A stretch of DNA of 63,826 nt, counting the filler, from Neoconidiobolus thromboides FSU 785 (Eukaryota > Fungi > Entomophthoromycota), in NCBI GenBank assembly GCA_025603075.1. It is 11 parts of 11 records of this genome, joined end to end, with 100 filler letters (N's around TTAATTAATTAA, not from the genome) between each part and the next. Parts side by side here need not be neighbours in the genome. Positions count along the whole stretch, not along the records: positions 1 to 7,904 come from MU626694.1; positions 8,005 to 10,113 come from MU626881.1; positions 10,214 to 17,462 come from MU626709.1; 8 more parts are not named here. The stretch is one strand, 5' to 3'. The position numbers were made by a program, and so were the translations under genes. The notes below the pieces were generated by a model that saw only the letters and a list, made by a program, of their open reading frames with translations, was not told where the DNA came from and searched no databases. Below, piece by piece: positions 1 through 11,424 of this stretch (the stretch's first letter is position 1; every line of letters starts with the position of its first letter).

Positions 1-78
1 AATTCTTGCAGGTGGTAGTACATCGGCTGCTTGAGATAAAGTGACTAATGCTGAGAGAGCTACTAATTTCAAATTCAT
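1..78 (-). CDS. 5' end of a third trypsin-like serine protease copy (signal peptide + propeptide), truncated by window edge
   Basis: Reverse strand reads MNLKLVALSALVTLSQAADVLPPARI; bases 1-57 are identical to the corresponding part of the 4256-5041 copy. Confidence 0.9.
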   Translation of the reverse strand, partial: MNLKLVALSALVTLSQAADVLPPARI

Positions 79-115
79 AATTGATTTTTTTCATTAATTT
101 TCAAGCTCTTGCTTT

Positions 116-215
116 GTATTTATACTTTTCAAATGTACTGATTGTATTATTTAATGTTGAAATCACGTTTTTAATTATTCTTAATTCGAGCATTGAGTAC
201 AATGGTTCGCTTTTA
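116..215 (-). promoter_or_regulatory. Trypsin promoter block with TATA box (TATAAATA on minus strand, 117-124)
   Basis: Block is conserved upstream of all three trypsin copies (also ~2412-2510 and ~5086-5185). Confidence 0.55.
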
Positions 216-1558
216 TTTTGGATTGTCATGAATTGTGAGAATGTGGAAATTAATTTTATGCAAATTACCACAAAATTTAATAATTTTATTATTTACTATA
301 TATAATATACACATTTACCAAAACTTAGAAATAAAAATAATAGTTCTGTTTAAGATACATATCTCTTCTGAATAAGGATAAATTTTAAGAGACCTATTTT
401 AGCGTAAAGTTAGATTTATTTACTTTTAAAGTATCTTTACTATAGCCTTTACTATAATACTATTGAGTATCACCCTGCAAATAACAAATAGCTTTTTCTA
501 CTTAAAAGGGTAATCGCTTAATCTTTATATTAATAAATTAATTCTGATAACTAAACTAGTGGCTTATAAGGCAAAACATTGCGTTAGGTACTATTCCTAT
601 CATTTATATAGAATTCAATCTTTATTTCTATACATCTGTATAAAATTTCAAAAACATAATCAGGTTTATAAAGATTGTTTTTAATTTCAACTACTTTGTA
701 GTTGCTTTTTTAGTTTTACTTGCCAAATAGTTATAAAAGTTTTTAGAAAGACAGAGCATATATCAAAACCACCTTGAATTGTTAATTCTTTATGTATCTT
801 TTTTATAACCTAATTTCATAGAATTCATAAATTGAACCCATAATATTATATTATTTTTTACGTTTTAACAAAATGTAAAAAACTTAATGTGATCATAGTT
901 TTTTTAAGAATGCTATGAATTTTTTGAATTTTAAACTACCTAAAAATGATCAAAACGAAAATAAGATAGGATTTTAATATAATTTGAATTTAGACAAATT
1001 AGCTGTAATTTACTTTCAAATAGTAAAAGGTTAGCTTTATCCTGTATGAAATTTTTATTTTTTTACAAAAAGTTATTCTTTTATCTCAGAAACTATATGT
1101 ATCCCATTAAGTTGTATTATTTAATTCTTTATGCTCTGTCAGAATATGGGCTCAAGCCTTGTGTTTAAATTTAGAAATTTACTTTATGTCTAGTCATATT
1201 ATTATGTTATGCTTGTATCATTAAAGACACATCTTAAAAAGTAAAATTCCAAGAACTGATTATAGATAATGAGTCTTAATATATATTCTTCGAGAACAAC
1301 TTTATTGTTAGGATTAAATTAATTAGGGTTATACAGTCTTACTGGTAAATGCTATTGGCTTATACTAACCTTTTACCTGTATTTTAAAACATATCTATAT
1401 TTAAACTAGTAAATTAATTTAGTTAACATAAAACACTTAAAGAAATAGACTGAACAGTTTGATACTTAAAATGATAATTCGTTATTAACTCCAATGTAAA
1501 CTGGAATAGATATTATAATACTAATTTTAATATCAATTACAAATATTAACTAAAAAGC

Positions 1559-2344
1559 TTAAAACTTTTGGTCAATAAAAGATTTAAACATAAATAACTT
1601 AGTATAGACCCCTGGGAAATTCTTTTGAGCACATCCATGACCCCATGAAGTAATGCCAACAAGAGTAGTTTTTCCTGCTTCAACTTTGAAGATTGGACCT
1701 CCAGAATCACCTTGACAAGCATCTTTAGCTCCTTCCGGATAACCAGCACAGAACATTACTGTATCATTGACTATTTTGTTAACTGATTTATAAGAGTCAA
1801 CACATTTCTTAGTATCATAAGTAGGCACTTTTAATTCTAGTAAAACATTACTTCCTTTACCACCTGCTGAAGTAGCACCCCAACCAACAGTAACCAATAA
1901 TTGATTTGTTGATTTAGCAAATTTGCCATCATCAATAACAAAAGTATCTTTTTGAGCTAAGCCCCAAGTACCATCAATTTTCCAAATAGCTACATCATTT
2001 AAATCAAACTTGTTGGCATCATATTTTGGGTGGGCTTTACGAGCAATTACTTTGTATCTTTTACCTTGTTCTTTATCTTCAGTAAGAGATATATCATGAC
2101 GATGGAAACTGGCACTCCAATTGTTGGTTTCATAGATAGTACAATGAGCAGCAGTGATGATCAAATTGTTTTTGTAAGCCATTCCACCACATAAATGACG
2201 TTTTAAGAAATCTAAACTTAACATCCATGGATATTTAAATTTAGGTGATACTTCATATCCTCCAACAATTCTTGCAGGTGGTAGTACATCGGCTGCTTGA
2301 GATAAAGTGACTAATGCTGAGAGGGCTATTAATTTCAGATTCAT
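1559..2344 (-). CDS. Secreted trypsin-like serine protease (S1A), intronless, copy A
   Basis: Signal peptide, R|IVGG activation site, TAAHC (His), DLNDV (Asp), GDSGGP (Ser), KDAC S1-pocket Asp. Confidence 0.97.
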   Translation of the reverse strand: MNLKLIALSALVTLSQAADVLPPARIVGGYEVSPKFKYPWMLSLDFLKRHLCGGMAYKNNLIITAAHCTIYETNNWSASFHRHDISLTEDKEQGKRYKVIARKAHPKYDANKFDLNDVAIWKIDGTWGLAQKDTFVIDDGKFAKSTNQLLVTVGWGATSAGGKGSNVLLELKVPTYDTKKCVDSYKSVNKIVNDTVMFCAGYPEGAKDACQGDSGGPIFKVEAGKTTLVGITSWGHGCAQKNFPGVYTKLFMFKSFIDQKF

Positions 2345-2411
2345 GTTGATATATATTAATTTATACTAATTTTTCTTAATTTTGTTTAATTAATTTTTGG
2401 GTTCTTCCTCT

Positions 2412-2510
2412 GTATTTATAGTTTCAGGTGGCTTTTTCTTGTACTACTTAATGTCGAAATCATGCTTTAATTATTCTTAATTCAAGCATTGGGTATAATG
2501 GTTCTCTTTG
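2412..2510 (-). promoter_or_regulatory. Trypsin copy A promoter block, TATA at 2413-2420
   Basis: tatttata plus shared ttcttaattcaagcattgggtataatggttc motif. Confidence 0.55.
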
Positions 2511-4255
2511 GGTTCGATTTATCCCTACTTAAAACGGTAACTGCTTAATCCTATATTCTAAGAAATAAATTGGAAGCCAAATTAGTCGGCTATAGTACAA
2601 TACACCCCCTTAATAGTTATACTTGTCATTTATATCAAATCAACCTTTGAATTATTATAGCGGATCAGTGTGCCAATTTTTTAATAATATTCCTTTCTTA
2701 CCCAATAGAAATTAATATAAACAATTGCTAATTTTTTAAGTTAATACCTTTAACTATAAGAACTATAAGCAAAAAATTAAAGTATAAACTATAATACCAA
2801 ACATTAAATATTGTCTTATTACATGATTAAAGTTGATGAAAAGATTGGAAATCTAAATTCATAATTAATATTATTCTTGGCCTAATCCCAATCTTAACTT
2901 CATTGTTAGCCTTGGTGTGACTCTAGCAGTAATAATAACCCTAGCATTAATACTCGCGTTGGTTTTATATACATTATAGTCTTTTAACATAAGGTTATTT
3001 TTTGATGTACAAGGATAATTGAGTAAATCGTTGACCTTCTGATCTATTGTCAAAAGCAAATTTTATTGTAAAGTATTATTATAAAATTATCAAAGGTTAA
3101 TTAGCTCTTGAAGGTTACTTTTGATTATAACTATAAGCTAGTCTAAGGCGTTATGTTTACTTGTAAGTGGCTATAAAATTGCAAAAAAAGAGAGTATAAA
3201 AAACTAAACTTAGTAGTAAAATTTGATGTACCTTATTCATAGCTTATTTTTATTAAAATCCATGTTTAAATTCATACTATTAACTTTCTTTGTAGCACTT
3301 CGACAAATGTAAGAAATTGAATGTGAGCAGTGTTTTTATGTTTAAGAGCTTTATTAATAATTTTTAAAGCTTATACTACTTAAAAAGTAGATAAAGTACT
3401 AAAACAAAAAGGGCATTTATATATTATTTAGATCACAGAAGATTGGGCTCTGGCTAACTTTTAATAGCAAAAGGTTTCACTTTAATTTAGTTTAAACCTT
3501 CATTCAATAGTAATAATAAAATTTATATTTTATAAACCAACTAGGATCCAACAACCAGACTACTGATAGTTTGCGTGTGTCCAGTCTCTTCCACTGTTGG
3601 GTGGCGTTATATAAATTAGAGTTCGAATCTATGGAATTTAATCTACCTAAGTCGAAGTCAGGTAGGTAAAACTAAATCGACCAATTTTCCGGTTCTCTTT
3701 TAATTCCTTTCATATCTCGATAAACCCCACTTCACTACTCAATCAGGCTTTCTATACTTTTGCTCATCTTTAGCAATAAATCACTAGGGATTCTAACTCC
3801 AAGATTCAAAAATTAACTGGAATCCCATTTTTAGAACTTAAATTTTAGAATTTTTATTTGTTAAAATCCCAAAAGAGTTTAAAATGGTGACTCAAACCCT
3901 ATGTTTAAATTTAGAAAGTTACTTCATGTCTTACCATCAACTATTGTATTATATTTGCATCATTAAACTCTAATTTTAAAACGAAGAGTAAAATACTTGA
4001 CTATAAACAATCGATCATTTTATAGAACCTTTTCTAATACCAATATTATCAGTTTTAATCCAAACAATTAAGTCTGTATTAAAATATACAAAAACTCATT
4101 TTATTCAGGTTATGTGATCAATTTCGTAATGTTACATAAAGATAAAAATTCGATAAATACAATAAATTCTAACAATCATTTAATAATAGTTTTAATTTAA
4201 ACTGCAATAGTTGTTTACTAAATTTGATGCTAATTACAAGTATTAACTAAGAAGT

Positions 4256-5041
4256 TTAAAACTTATCAATAAAAGATTTAAACTTAAACAATTTAACATA
4301 AACCCCTGGGAAATTCTTTTGAGCACATCCATGACCCCATGAAGTAATGCCAACAAGAGTAGTTTTTCCTGCTTCAACTTTGAAGATTGGACCTCCAGAA
4401 TCACCTTGACAAGCATCTTTAGCTCCTTCCGGATAACCAGCACAGAACATTACTGTATCATTGACTATTTTGTTAACTGATTTATAAGAGTCAACACATT
4501 TCTTAGTATCATAAGTAGGCACTTTTAATTCCAGTAAAAAATTACTTCCTCTACCACCTGCAGAAGTAGCACCCCAACCAACAGTAACCAATAATTGATT
4601 AGTTGATTGAGCGAATTTTCCATCATCAAAAACAAACGTGTCTTTTTGGCTTAAGCCCCAAGTGCCTTCGACTTTCCAAATAGATACATCATTTAAATCG
4701 AACTTGTTACCATCGTAATTCGGGTGCGATTTACGAGAAATCACTTTGTATCTTTTACCCTGTTCTTTGCCTTCAGTAAGAGATAAATCATGACGATGAA
4801 AGCTAGCACTCCAATTCTTGATTTCATAAATGTCACAGTGAGCAGCAGTGATGATCAAATTGTTTTTGTAAGCCATTCCACCACATAAATGACGTTTTAA
4901 GAAATCTAAACTTAACATCCATGGATATTTAAATTTAGGTGATACTTCATATCCTCCAACAATTCTTGCAGGTGGTAGTACATCGGCTGCTTGAGATAAA
5001 GTGACTAATGCTGAGAGAGCTACCAATTTCAAATTCATCAT
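4256..5041 (-). CDS. Secreted trypsin-like serine protease (S1A), intronless, copy B
   Basis: Same catalytic motifs as copy A; colinear at a constant 2694-bp offset. Confidence 0.97.
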   Translation of the reverse strand: MMNLKLVALSALVTLSQAADVLPPARIVGGYEVSPKFKYPWMLSLDFLKRHLCGGMAYKNNLIITAAHCDIYEIKNWSASFHRHDLSLTEGKEQGKRYKVISRKSHPNYDGNKFDLNDVSIWKVEGTWGLSQKDTFVFDDGKFAQSTNQLLVTVGWGATSAGGRGSNFLLELKVPTYDTKKCVDSYKSVNKIVNDTVMFCAGYPEGAKDACQGDSGGPIFKVEAGKTTLVGITSWGHGCAQKNFPGVYVKLFKFKSFIDKF

Positions 5042-5085
5042 TAATTTTATTATTTAATTTTTGTTAATTCTTAAGTTCTTGCACC

Positions 5086-5185
5086 GTATTTATAGTTTTC
5101 AAATCCTATGATTATATTGTTTGATTTCAGGGTCACGTTGTTTTAGTTATTCTTGATTCGAGTACTTAATATAATTGTTCACTTC
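5086..5185 (-). promoter_or_regulatory. Trypsin copy B promoter block, TATA at 5087-5094
   Basis: tatttata plus ttcttgattcgagtacttaatataattgttc, homologous to the other two. Confidence 0.5.
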
Positions 5186-6661
5186 ATTTATCATATTTTT
5201 CTCTTTGCTTAATCTTTTTATTAACAGATTGTAAATTGTTAATTTACCAAAATCATGCGGTGGGAAGTGCTTTTTTACATATAAGTTACCTTATTCCCTA
5301 TATCTATTTTAACATTTAAAAATATATTTTTTAATTGTGTTAGCCAATCAATCAACCTCCCGGTACCCAATTTCCAGTTTTAACAAGAAATCGTTAAGTT
5401 TAAATATATATTTAATAATATTATATTAATAATAAACTAAGTTTATTTATAGTTTATTACTTAAAACAATATAATATAAGAATATTTTGATGAACAAAAA
5501 TAAATATCTGGCGAAGTTTATATCGTTATAGTTATTCGAACAATAAAATTGTTAATTTTAAATATTTAATCTGATTATCATGTTAATAGTTAGCATAAAA
5601 TAAAGTATTAAATGGTAAAACAAAACACTATAATTATTTTTTAAGCATGCTACAATACAGTTACAAATAGAACATTAAAACCTTTGTTCCTATCAAAAGC
5701 TATGATGAATAGCTAAAAAGTTTAGTTATTAAGCGTAGCTTAATAATTTTGCTTCTAAGTATGCCTGGATTAACAAAAGCATTATTTGCTTTATGTTATG
5801 ACATAGTTAAATATTAAAACCTAGAAACAACTTTGATTTGGCTTGATTTGGCTTTTTGGTTAATATTTTGATCTTAATTACACATTACTGTAGTTTCTAT
5901 ATATTTAAACTATGGCTAAAAGTTTGTTATGATTATAAATTATAAAGTACCAGTGTTTTCCAAAAGATTTATAACATAAATTCAAAATTTTGACTTTGAA
6001 TTTACTCTTGATTAACACTCAAATATGATGTTTATAAGAGTAAAAATACAAACTAATATTGACTTTCGTAAGCTAATGTACAAAAAATAGTTATTATATA
6101 TCAATTTATAATGCTTCAATAATCCTAAATGCCATTAAAAGTAGACTTTTTTGCACTAACGTGCCTGTCCCAGACTGTGACTTCATTAAAATTAACACAA
6201 AGTCTTAATAAAAAGACATCTTTTGTAGCCACAAATCTAACAATAGCATGCTTTCTAAAAAATCCTTTTTGTATTGTCTCTAAAGCATCAAAACCTTGTA
6301 CTTTCTTTATCCGATATATAAAACACCTAGGGCCTTATGATCTCTCAAGGTTTAAAAAACCCACTAACTATGACTTTAAAACAGTTATTACTACATAATA
6401 TTAACGGAACAATGTTTCCTGCTTAAGCCTTAAAATTAAAATCTTTCTTAGTTAACTATTTTGATTTTTATCAAGTTTAATATGGCTAATAGCTTTGAAC
6501 TCAGGGATTTAGGGAAGGATATGATAAAGAAGTACTGAATTATCTTGAAGACAAGAATAAAATCGATCTATTCACAAGCTGTAAAGAATAGAGTTAAGTG
6601 CTAATAGCGATAATACGCGAGGATGTATCTCCGTGCCAATGTTACAAAGAAAGGAATGTAT

Positions 6662-6759
6662 GAAGATGCTTTTTTTAGTTTCACTACTTTTTCCATTTTT
6701 GGGCGTTATTTGAGTGGAAAATTTATTAGCAAAATTCTTAAACAAAAAAGTATATCTCT
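6662..6759 (+). mobile_element. MITE family 1 copy (degenerate ends)
   Basis: Matches the ~97-bp consensus incl. gcgttatttgagtggaaa core; flanks gtat/atat. Confidence 0.8.
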
Positions 6760-6796
6760 ATATTATTATTATAAATTTATTTTTTAAACCTGATAT

Positions 6797-6900
6797 GGGA
6801 GTATTTTTTTAGCTTCATCTTCATCACTTTTTCCGTCTTTTAGGCGCTATTTGAATGGAAAATTTGTTAGTAAAATTCTTAAATACAAAGATACATTCCC
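6797..6900 (+). mobile_element. MITE family 1 copy, TSD ATAT
   Basis: atat|gggag...cattccc|atat. Confidence 0.85.
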
Positions 6901-7376
6901 ATATAATAGATATAAAAAGTATGAGAAACATATCAAATGTTTGGACCATAGAAGATATATAGATTTACTTATTCACCCTTCAGTCTACCCCAATATTACA
7001 AAACTGTATATTACTACATTAAGTAGATGCTTGAAAAAAGACGATATTTGAAAGACATTTCACTGGTATATCTCGCTTAAAAAACTTTTATTAATGATAT
7101 GAGAGCTGAAATATATATGCCTATTAATAACATTTGTATCGAAGTGTTACAAAAATTAAAATACCTAGAACTCAATCATGTAGATAATTATTTCAGAAAG
7201 TCAATAGTATCTACTTTACCATTGGCTATAAGGGCATTATTAATTGAATATGGGTTTAACAATGAGATATCGTATTTTGGGAAACTATTAAATAAATTTG
7301 AAATACTTTACTTCTAAGGCATTGTACCCTAGTACTTAATATAGTATCAAATCTAAGAGAGCTGATAATAAGATAC

Positions 7377-7474
7377 AGGGATGTTTTTTTGGGTTCATTA
7401 CTTTTCCCATTTTTTAAGCGCTATTTGAGTGGAAAAATTGTCAGTAAAATTCTTAAACATAGAAATACATCCAC
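7377..7474 (+). mobile_element. MITE family 1 copy, TSD ATAC
   Basis: atac|agggatg...catccac|atac. Confidence 0.9.
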
Positions 7475-7688
7475 ATACATTGATTTAGCTAAAACAATTC
7501 TAAATAATGAAATGTTTACAAAATAGAATTAATTAAAAATAGAATATTATAAAATATTATCAAAACACTTTTATTCAACATTTAATATACCAAGTATTAC
7601 AAGTTTAAGTTTATCATTCTATCTTAATTTGTTATTTTTAATTAATGAGATTTATCTTAAAAATCACAGTAATATAGTGACATTATAT

Positions 7689-7786
7689 GGGGATGTTTTT
7701 TTTGATTTCATTATTTTTTCCATTTTTAAGCGCTATTTGAGTGGGAAGATTATTAGTAAAATTCTTAAACACAAAAATACATCTCC
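7689..7786 (+). mobile_element. MITE family 1 copy, TSD ATAT
   Basis: atat|ggggatg...catctcc|atat. Confidence 0.9.
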
Positions 7787-8004
7787 ATATGGGGTTGTCT
7801 GAATTAGTTTCATTATTTTATCCAATTTTTGAAAAATTTTGTATTTTAAAAACTTCGCTTAAAATTCTATAAAATCACATCTTTTATTAAAACAAAAGTA
7901 CCCANNNNNNNNNNNNNNNNNNNNNNNNNNNNNNNNNNNNNNNNNNNNTTAATTAATTAANNNNNNNNNNNNNNNNNNNNNNNNNNNNNNNNNNNNNNNN
8001 NNNN

Positions 8005-8099
8005 ATTGCTCATTTTTATCCTTAATTTAATAAAAGATTAATTATCATAATATTCTTGAAATACAAGTAAATTGAATTATTATTATTTTAAGATTATTT
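8005..8099 (+). repeat. 95-bp repeat, exact reverse complement of 10019-10113
   Basis: Direct comparison: no mismatches seen; both copies abut gaps. Confidence 0.9.
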
Positions 8100-8520
8100 A
8101 ATATTTTTATATGCATTTTACACATTATTGCGTATCAGTTATAAAAAACAATGTAGAGTTTACTAAATCTACACTAAGTTATTACTAATAGTTTAATGAT
8201 ATATATAAAAATATAGAAATGATATACAGACTATTATGGCTATAAAATCACTCTACCAATCAAAATACGCTAGACAAATATTGCTTCAATCAGGTTTAAA
8301 TGAGTCATGTAATAACCTATTTTAATATTATAAAGGTATGATCACTTAATGCTTTTAAATTTGCAATTACTTGAGAATAATATTTATCTAATAATGCATC
8401 AAAACTATGTTAAATAATTTACTATCATAACACTTGATTTTTTAAGTAAAAACCTAAGATAGTGTTTATTAGCAATAAAAAGATAAACTTTTATAGGATA
8501 AGATATGAGCTTATAAATAT

Positions 8521-8617
8521 GGGGATATATCTTTGTGTTTAAGAATTTTACTAACAAATTTTCCGCTTAAATAGTGCTTAAAAGATGGAAAAGGTAATCA
8601 AGCCAAAAAGCACTTCC
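8521..8617 (-). mobile_element. MITE family 1 copy, reverse orientation, TSD ATAT
   Basis: atat|ggggata...cacttcc|atat. Confidence 0.85.
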
Positions 8618-9394
8618 ATATGTTCATTTATTTCTAAATTATCTCTTCTTACTATAAAAAGCCCAAATATTTTTCAACAAACAATTAGATAATACACAGT
8701 AGTTAGGAAAGGCAGTTATGTAAAAAAGCAATTGAATTATGTAAATGAAGCATCTCAAAAAGCTCATAAGATAAAATTTGATTAAAATTATAAACTGTAA
8801 AAGTCCTGCTGATCTTTATCTCGGTTACGTTCTCAAAAACTCTATATAAAGTCGCAAACTAATTACAATGGCTTATCAAAAGCCTATTATTTATGATATA
8901 TAAGATAATATTACTGAATAACTGAGCTTGAGGTATTCAAAATGAGGTGATAACGATTGGGGTCTTTATATCACTTAGCCATACTACTCCACTAAAATAT
9001 CTTTATAAGGTGAAAGGCTGTCGGTTGAAAGAGAAATACGATCGCTTTTTAAAAACAAATGTTTTTGGCACCTTGCTACAATAAATAATAACAATTTTAA
9101 ATTAATATGGTTTCAAATTATTAGAAGCGATAAAGATTTCTCATTCCAGACTTGAGCTAAAAAATACAGTTAATTACAGCCAGTCTTGACTTTCTATGCT
9201 TAATTAAGAATCTTTGCTTCTGAAATAAATTTTCTAATTTATTAGACTTGAAAATGATATCAATTGTTATCTATATCCATATATTTAAAAGCTAGGCTGG
9301 AACTAAAGAAAATTTCTATTATGCTTTTTTGTCCATTCAATATTTAAAATTTCAAAAACTTAAAACTGGACAAAAACGTTACAATTCAAGTTAT

Positions 9395-9490
9395 GAGGAT
9401 GTTTTTTGATTTCATTACTTTTCTATTTTTTAAGCGCTATTTGAATGGAAAAATTGGCAATAAAATTCTTAAACACAAAATACATCCCTC
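9395..9490 (+). mobile_element. MITE family 1 copy, TSD TTAT
   Basis: ttat|gaggatg...catccctc|ttat. Confidence 0.9.
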
Positions 9491-10018
9491 TTATTTTAAA
9501 ATTAAACAAAAAAGTAGATGTTTTAATAACATTTATTACTTAGTTTGGTGTTTTTACTGAAAACCAAACCCAACAAAGTTTGAACCAAGCTTTTAAACTA
9601 ACCCACATTCAATTTAAATGGGAATAGATATTTCTTGATTATTATATTGAATACTGATTAGCTATTTTTCATCTTTTTTGATTTTATGAATCGGCAAGAT
9701 AACTTATATTTGAATAAAAAGGGACATAAATATGACTAGATTTTAAAAGTCGTATTAAATGTAACAAGTTTCTGTTTAAGTGCTCAGGATGTAAAAGAGT
9801 ATTTGGTAAATGTACTTTTAATAGAGCGACTACATATCATAAAAAAGGTAGAACCAAGTATAGGGCTAAGAAACGTTTAATATATTATGTTTCTAAGCCT
9901 AATCAAACTACATTTTGTTTATATTTAAGATATAGGGGACCTAGCTATAAAAAAATTTCTCAAAGAAATTAAGTGTCTCTGGCTTCTTGCTTGCGTCTTT
10001 AATTTCGTAATTTGTCTC

Positions 10019-10113
10019 AAATAATCTTAAAATAATAATAATTCAATTTACTTGTATTTCAAGAATATTATGATAATTAATCTTTTATTAAATTAAGGAT
10101 AAAAATGAGCAAT
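10019..10113 (-). repeat. 95-bp repeat, reverse complement of 8005-8099
   Basis: As above. Confidence 0.9.
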
Positions 10114-10213
10114 NNNNNNNNNNNNNNNNNNNNNNNNNNNNNNNNNNNNNNNNNNNNTTAATTAATTAANNNNNNNNNNNNNNNNNNNNNNNNNNNNNNN
10201 NNNNNNNNNNNNN

Positions 10214-10860
10214 ATATTTGATAGTAGTGAAATCGAATCTAGTAGATTTGTTTAAAAAATTTGAATTTAACTTTTTTGACTTTATAATATTCAAAGATGT
10301 TCGTATTGATATTGATCTTGGTAAATCAAAACACCCTAATATAAAAGTATTATTATCTTTTACTAGACTTATGTTATCATTATGTACTTTAAAGAAACAT
10401 TCAGAACCATCAATCAGCTTTATGTGTTTCAATACTCTAAGGTCATCGAGACATCTAGTATTGAAGTCATTTCTTAAATAATCTTCATTTATTAAGTCCA
10501 ATATTGGAATAAAGTTAACATTTGAGTTAACCCCAGTAGAGACAATGACAGAATCATCTAAGTTTACATTTAATAGTTTTAAATTAATGATATTAGAATA
10601 CAATGTAAATGATTTATTATAATCATTCAATGTTCCAAGATTTCAATTTGATCTATATAATCTTCAAATAAATGGTTATTTAATATGAACAAATAATTTT
10701 CTTGAATTTATTAGTTTTAATATTTTATATAACAAATCATCAAGTAATTGGTTGAACTTTATTTTTGACGAATTAAAAAATAATAATATTTTTTGTACAA
10801 AAGTAACTTTATCATCAAAATATCCCTGAAATTTTATTAGGTTACGAAGCAGTTTTAAAT
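10214..10860 (-). repeat. Repeat-associated decayed ORF region (includes 10166-10630 ORF); 10702-10860 is an inverted near-identical copy of 17304-17462
   Basis: 158/159 identity by manual comparison; the ORF frame continues upstream through 3 stops; no recognised domain. Confidence 0.65.
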
Positions 10861-11424
10861 GGCTGTTTTTTAAGAATTCTATTAGAATTTTTCCATCTAA
10901 TTAGCTCTTAAAAATATACAAATAAGTGAAACTAAAAAGACATCGGTAAATAAATCAACATGGTTGAGTGTACTTAAAATAAATTTAGAAGTATACTTGA
11001 ATCTCTAAACCATCATACTGGATAGAAGAAATGATGATACCAATAGACTTAAATATCTCAGCACATCTGCTATCAAAGTTAATTCAGGTAGAGCAGCTTT
11101 ACTTTATCTAATAGCAAAACAACCTCAAATCCAATAAATTTCCTTTTGAAATAATGTATTTATTTATAGATTGTTGAAAATCCATTCATAGAATTTTTTT
11201 TATTGAATTTATAATCATAATTAATATTTGTACAAAAAACGCATTTATTAAGAAATTATATAAACACTCATTATAACTTCTAAAAGGCATTTTAACATTT
11301 TCAAATTTTATAAGAACTTATGCGTAGTTTTTTAAGTGAGCAATAGCTGCAAATAATGACTCGATATTTTTAGTCTAACCCATTTAAAATTAAATTTTTT
11401 GTTTTTTCCATTATTCTCAATAAA

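Noticed and set aside
1546-1749. Short minus ORFs overlapping the trypsin 3' ends (also 4243-4443)
   Set aside because: Alternate frames of the trypsin CDS, duplicated along with it.
7099-7317. 72-aa Leu-rich ORF between MITEs
   Set aside because: No recognisable domain or splice context; possibly a gene relic but not supportable.
7905-8004. TTAATTAATTAA palindrome centred in ten 100-bp N gaps (also 10114, 17463, 19299, 20796, 23736, 46085, 50406, 59094, 61615)
   Set aside because: Identical artificial contig-join linker with stops in all six frames; an assembly artefact, not a biological repeat or CRISPR.
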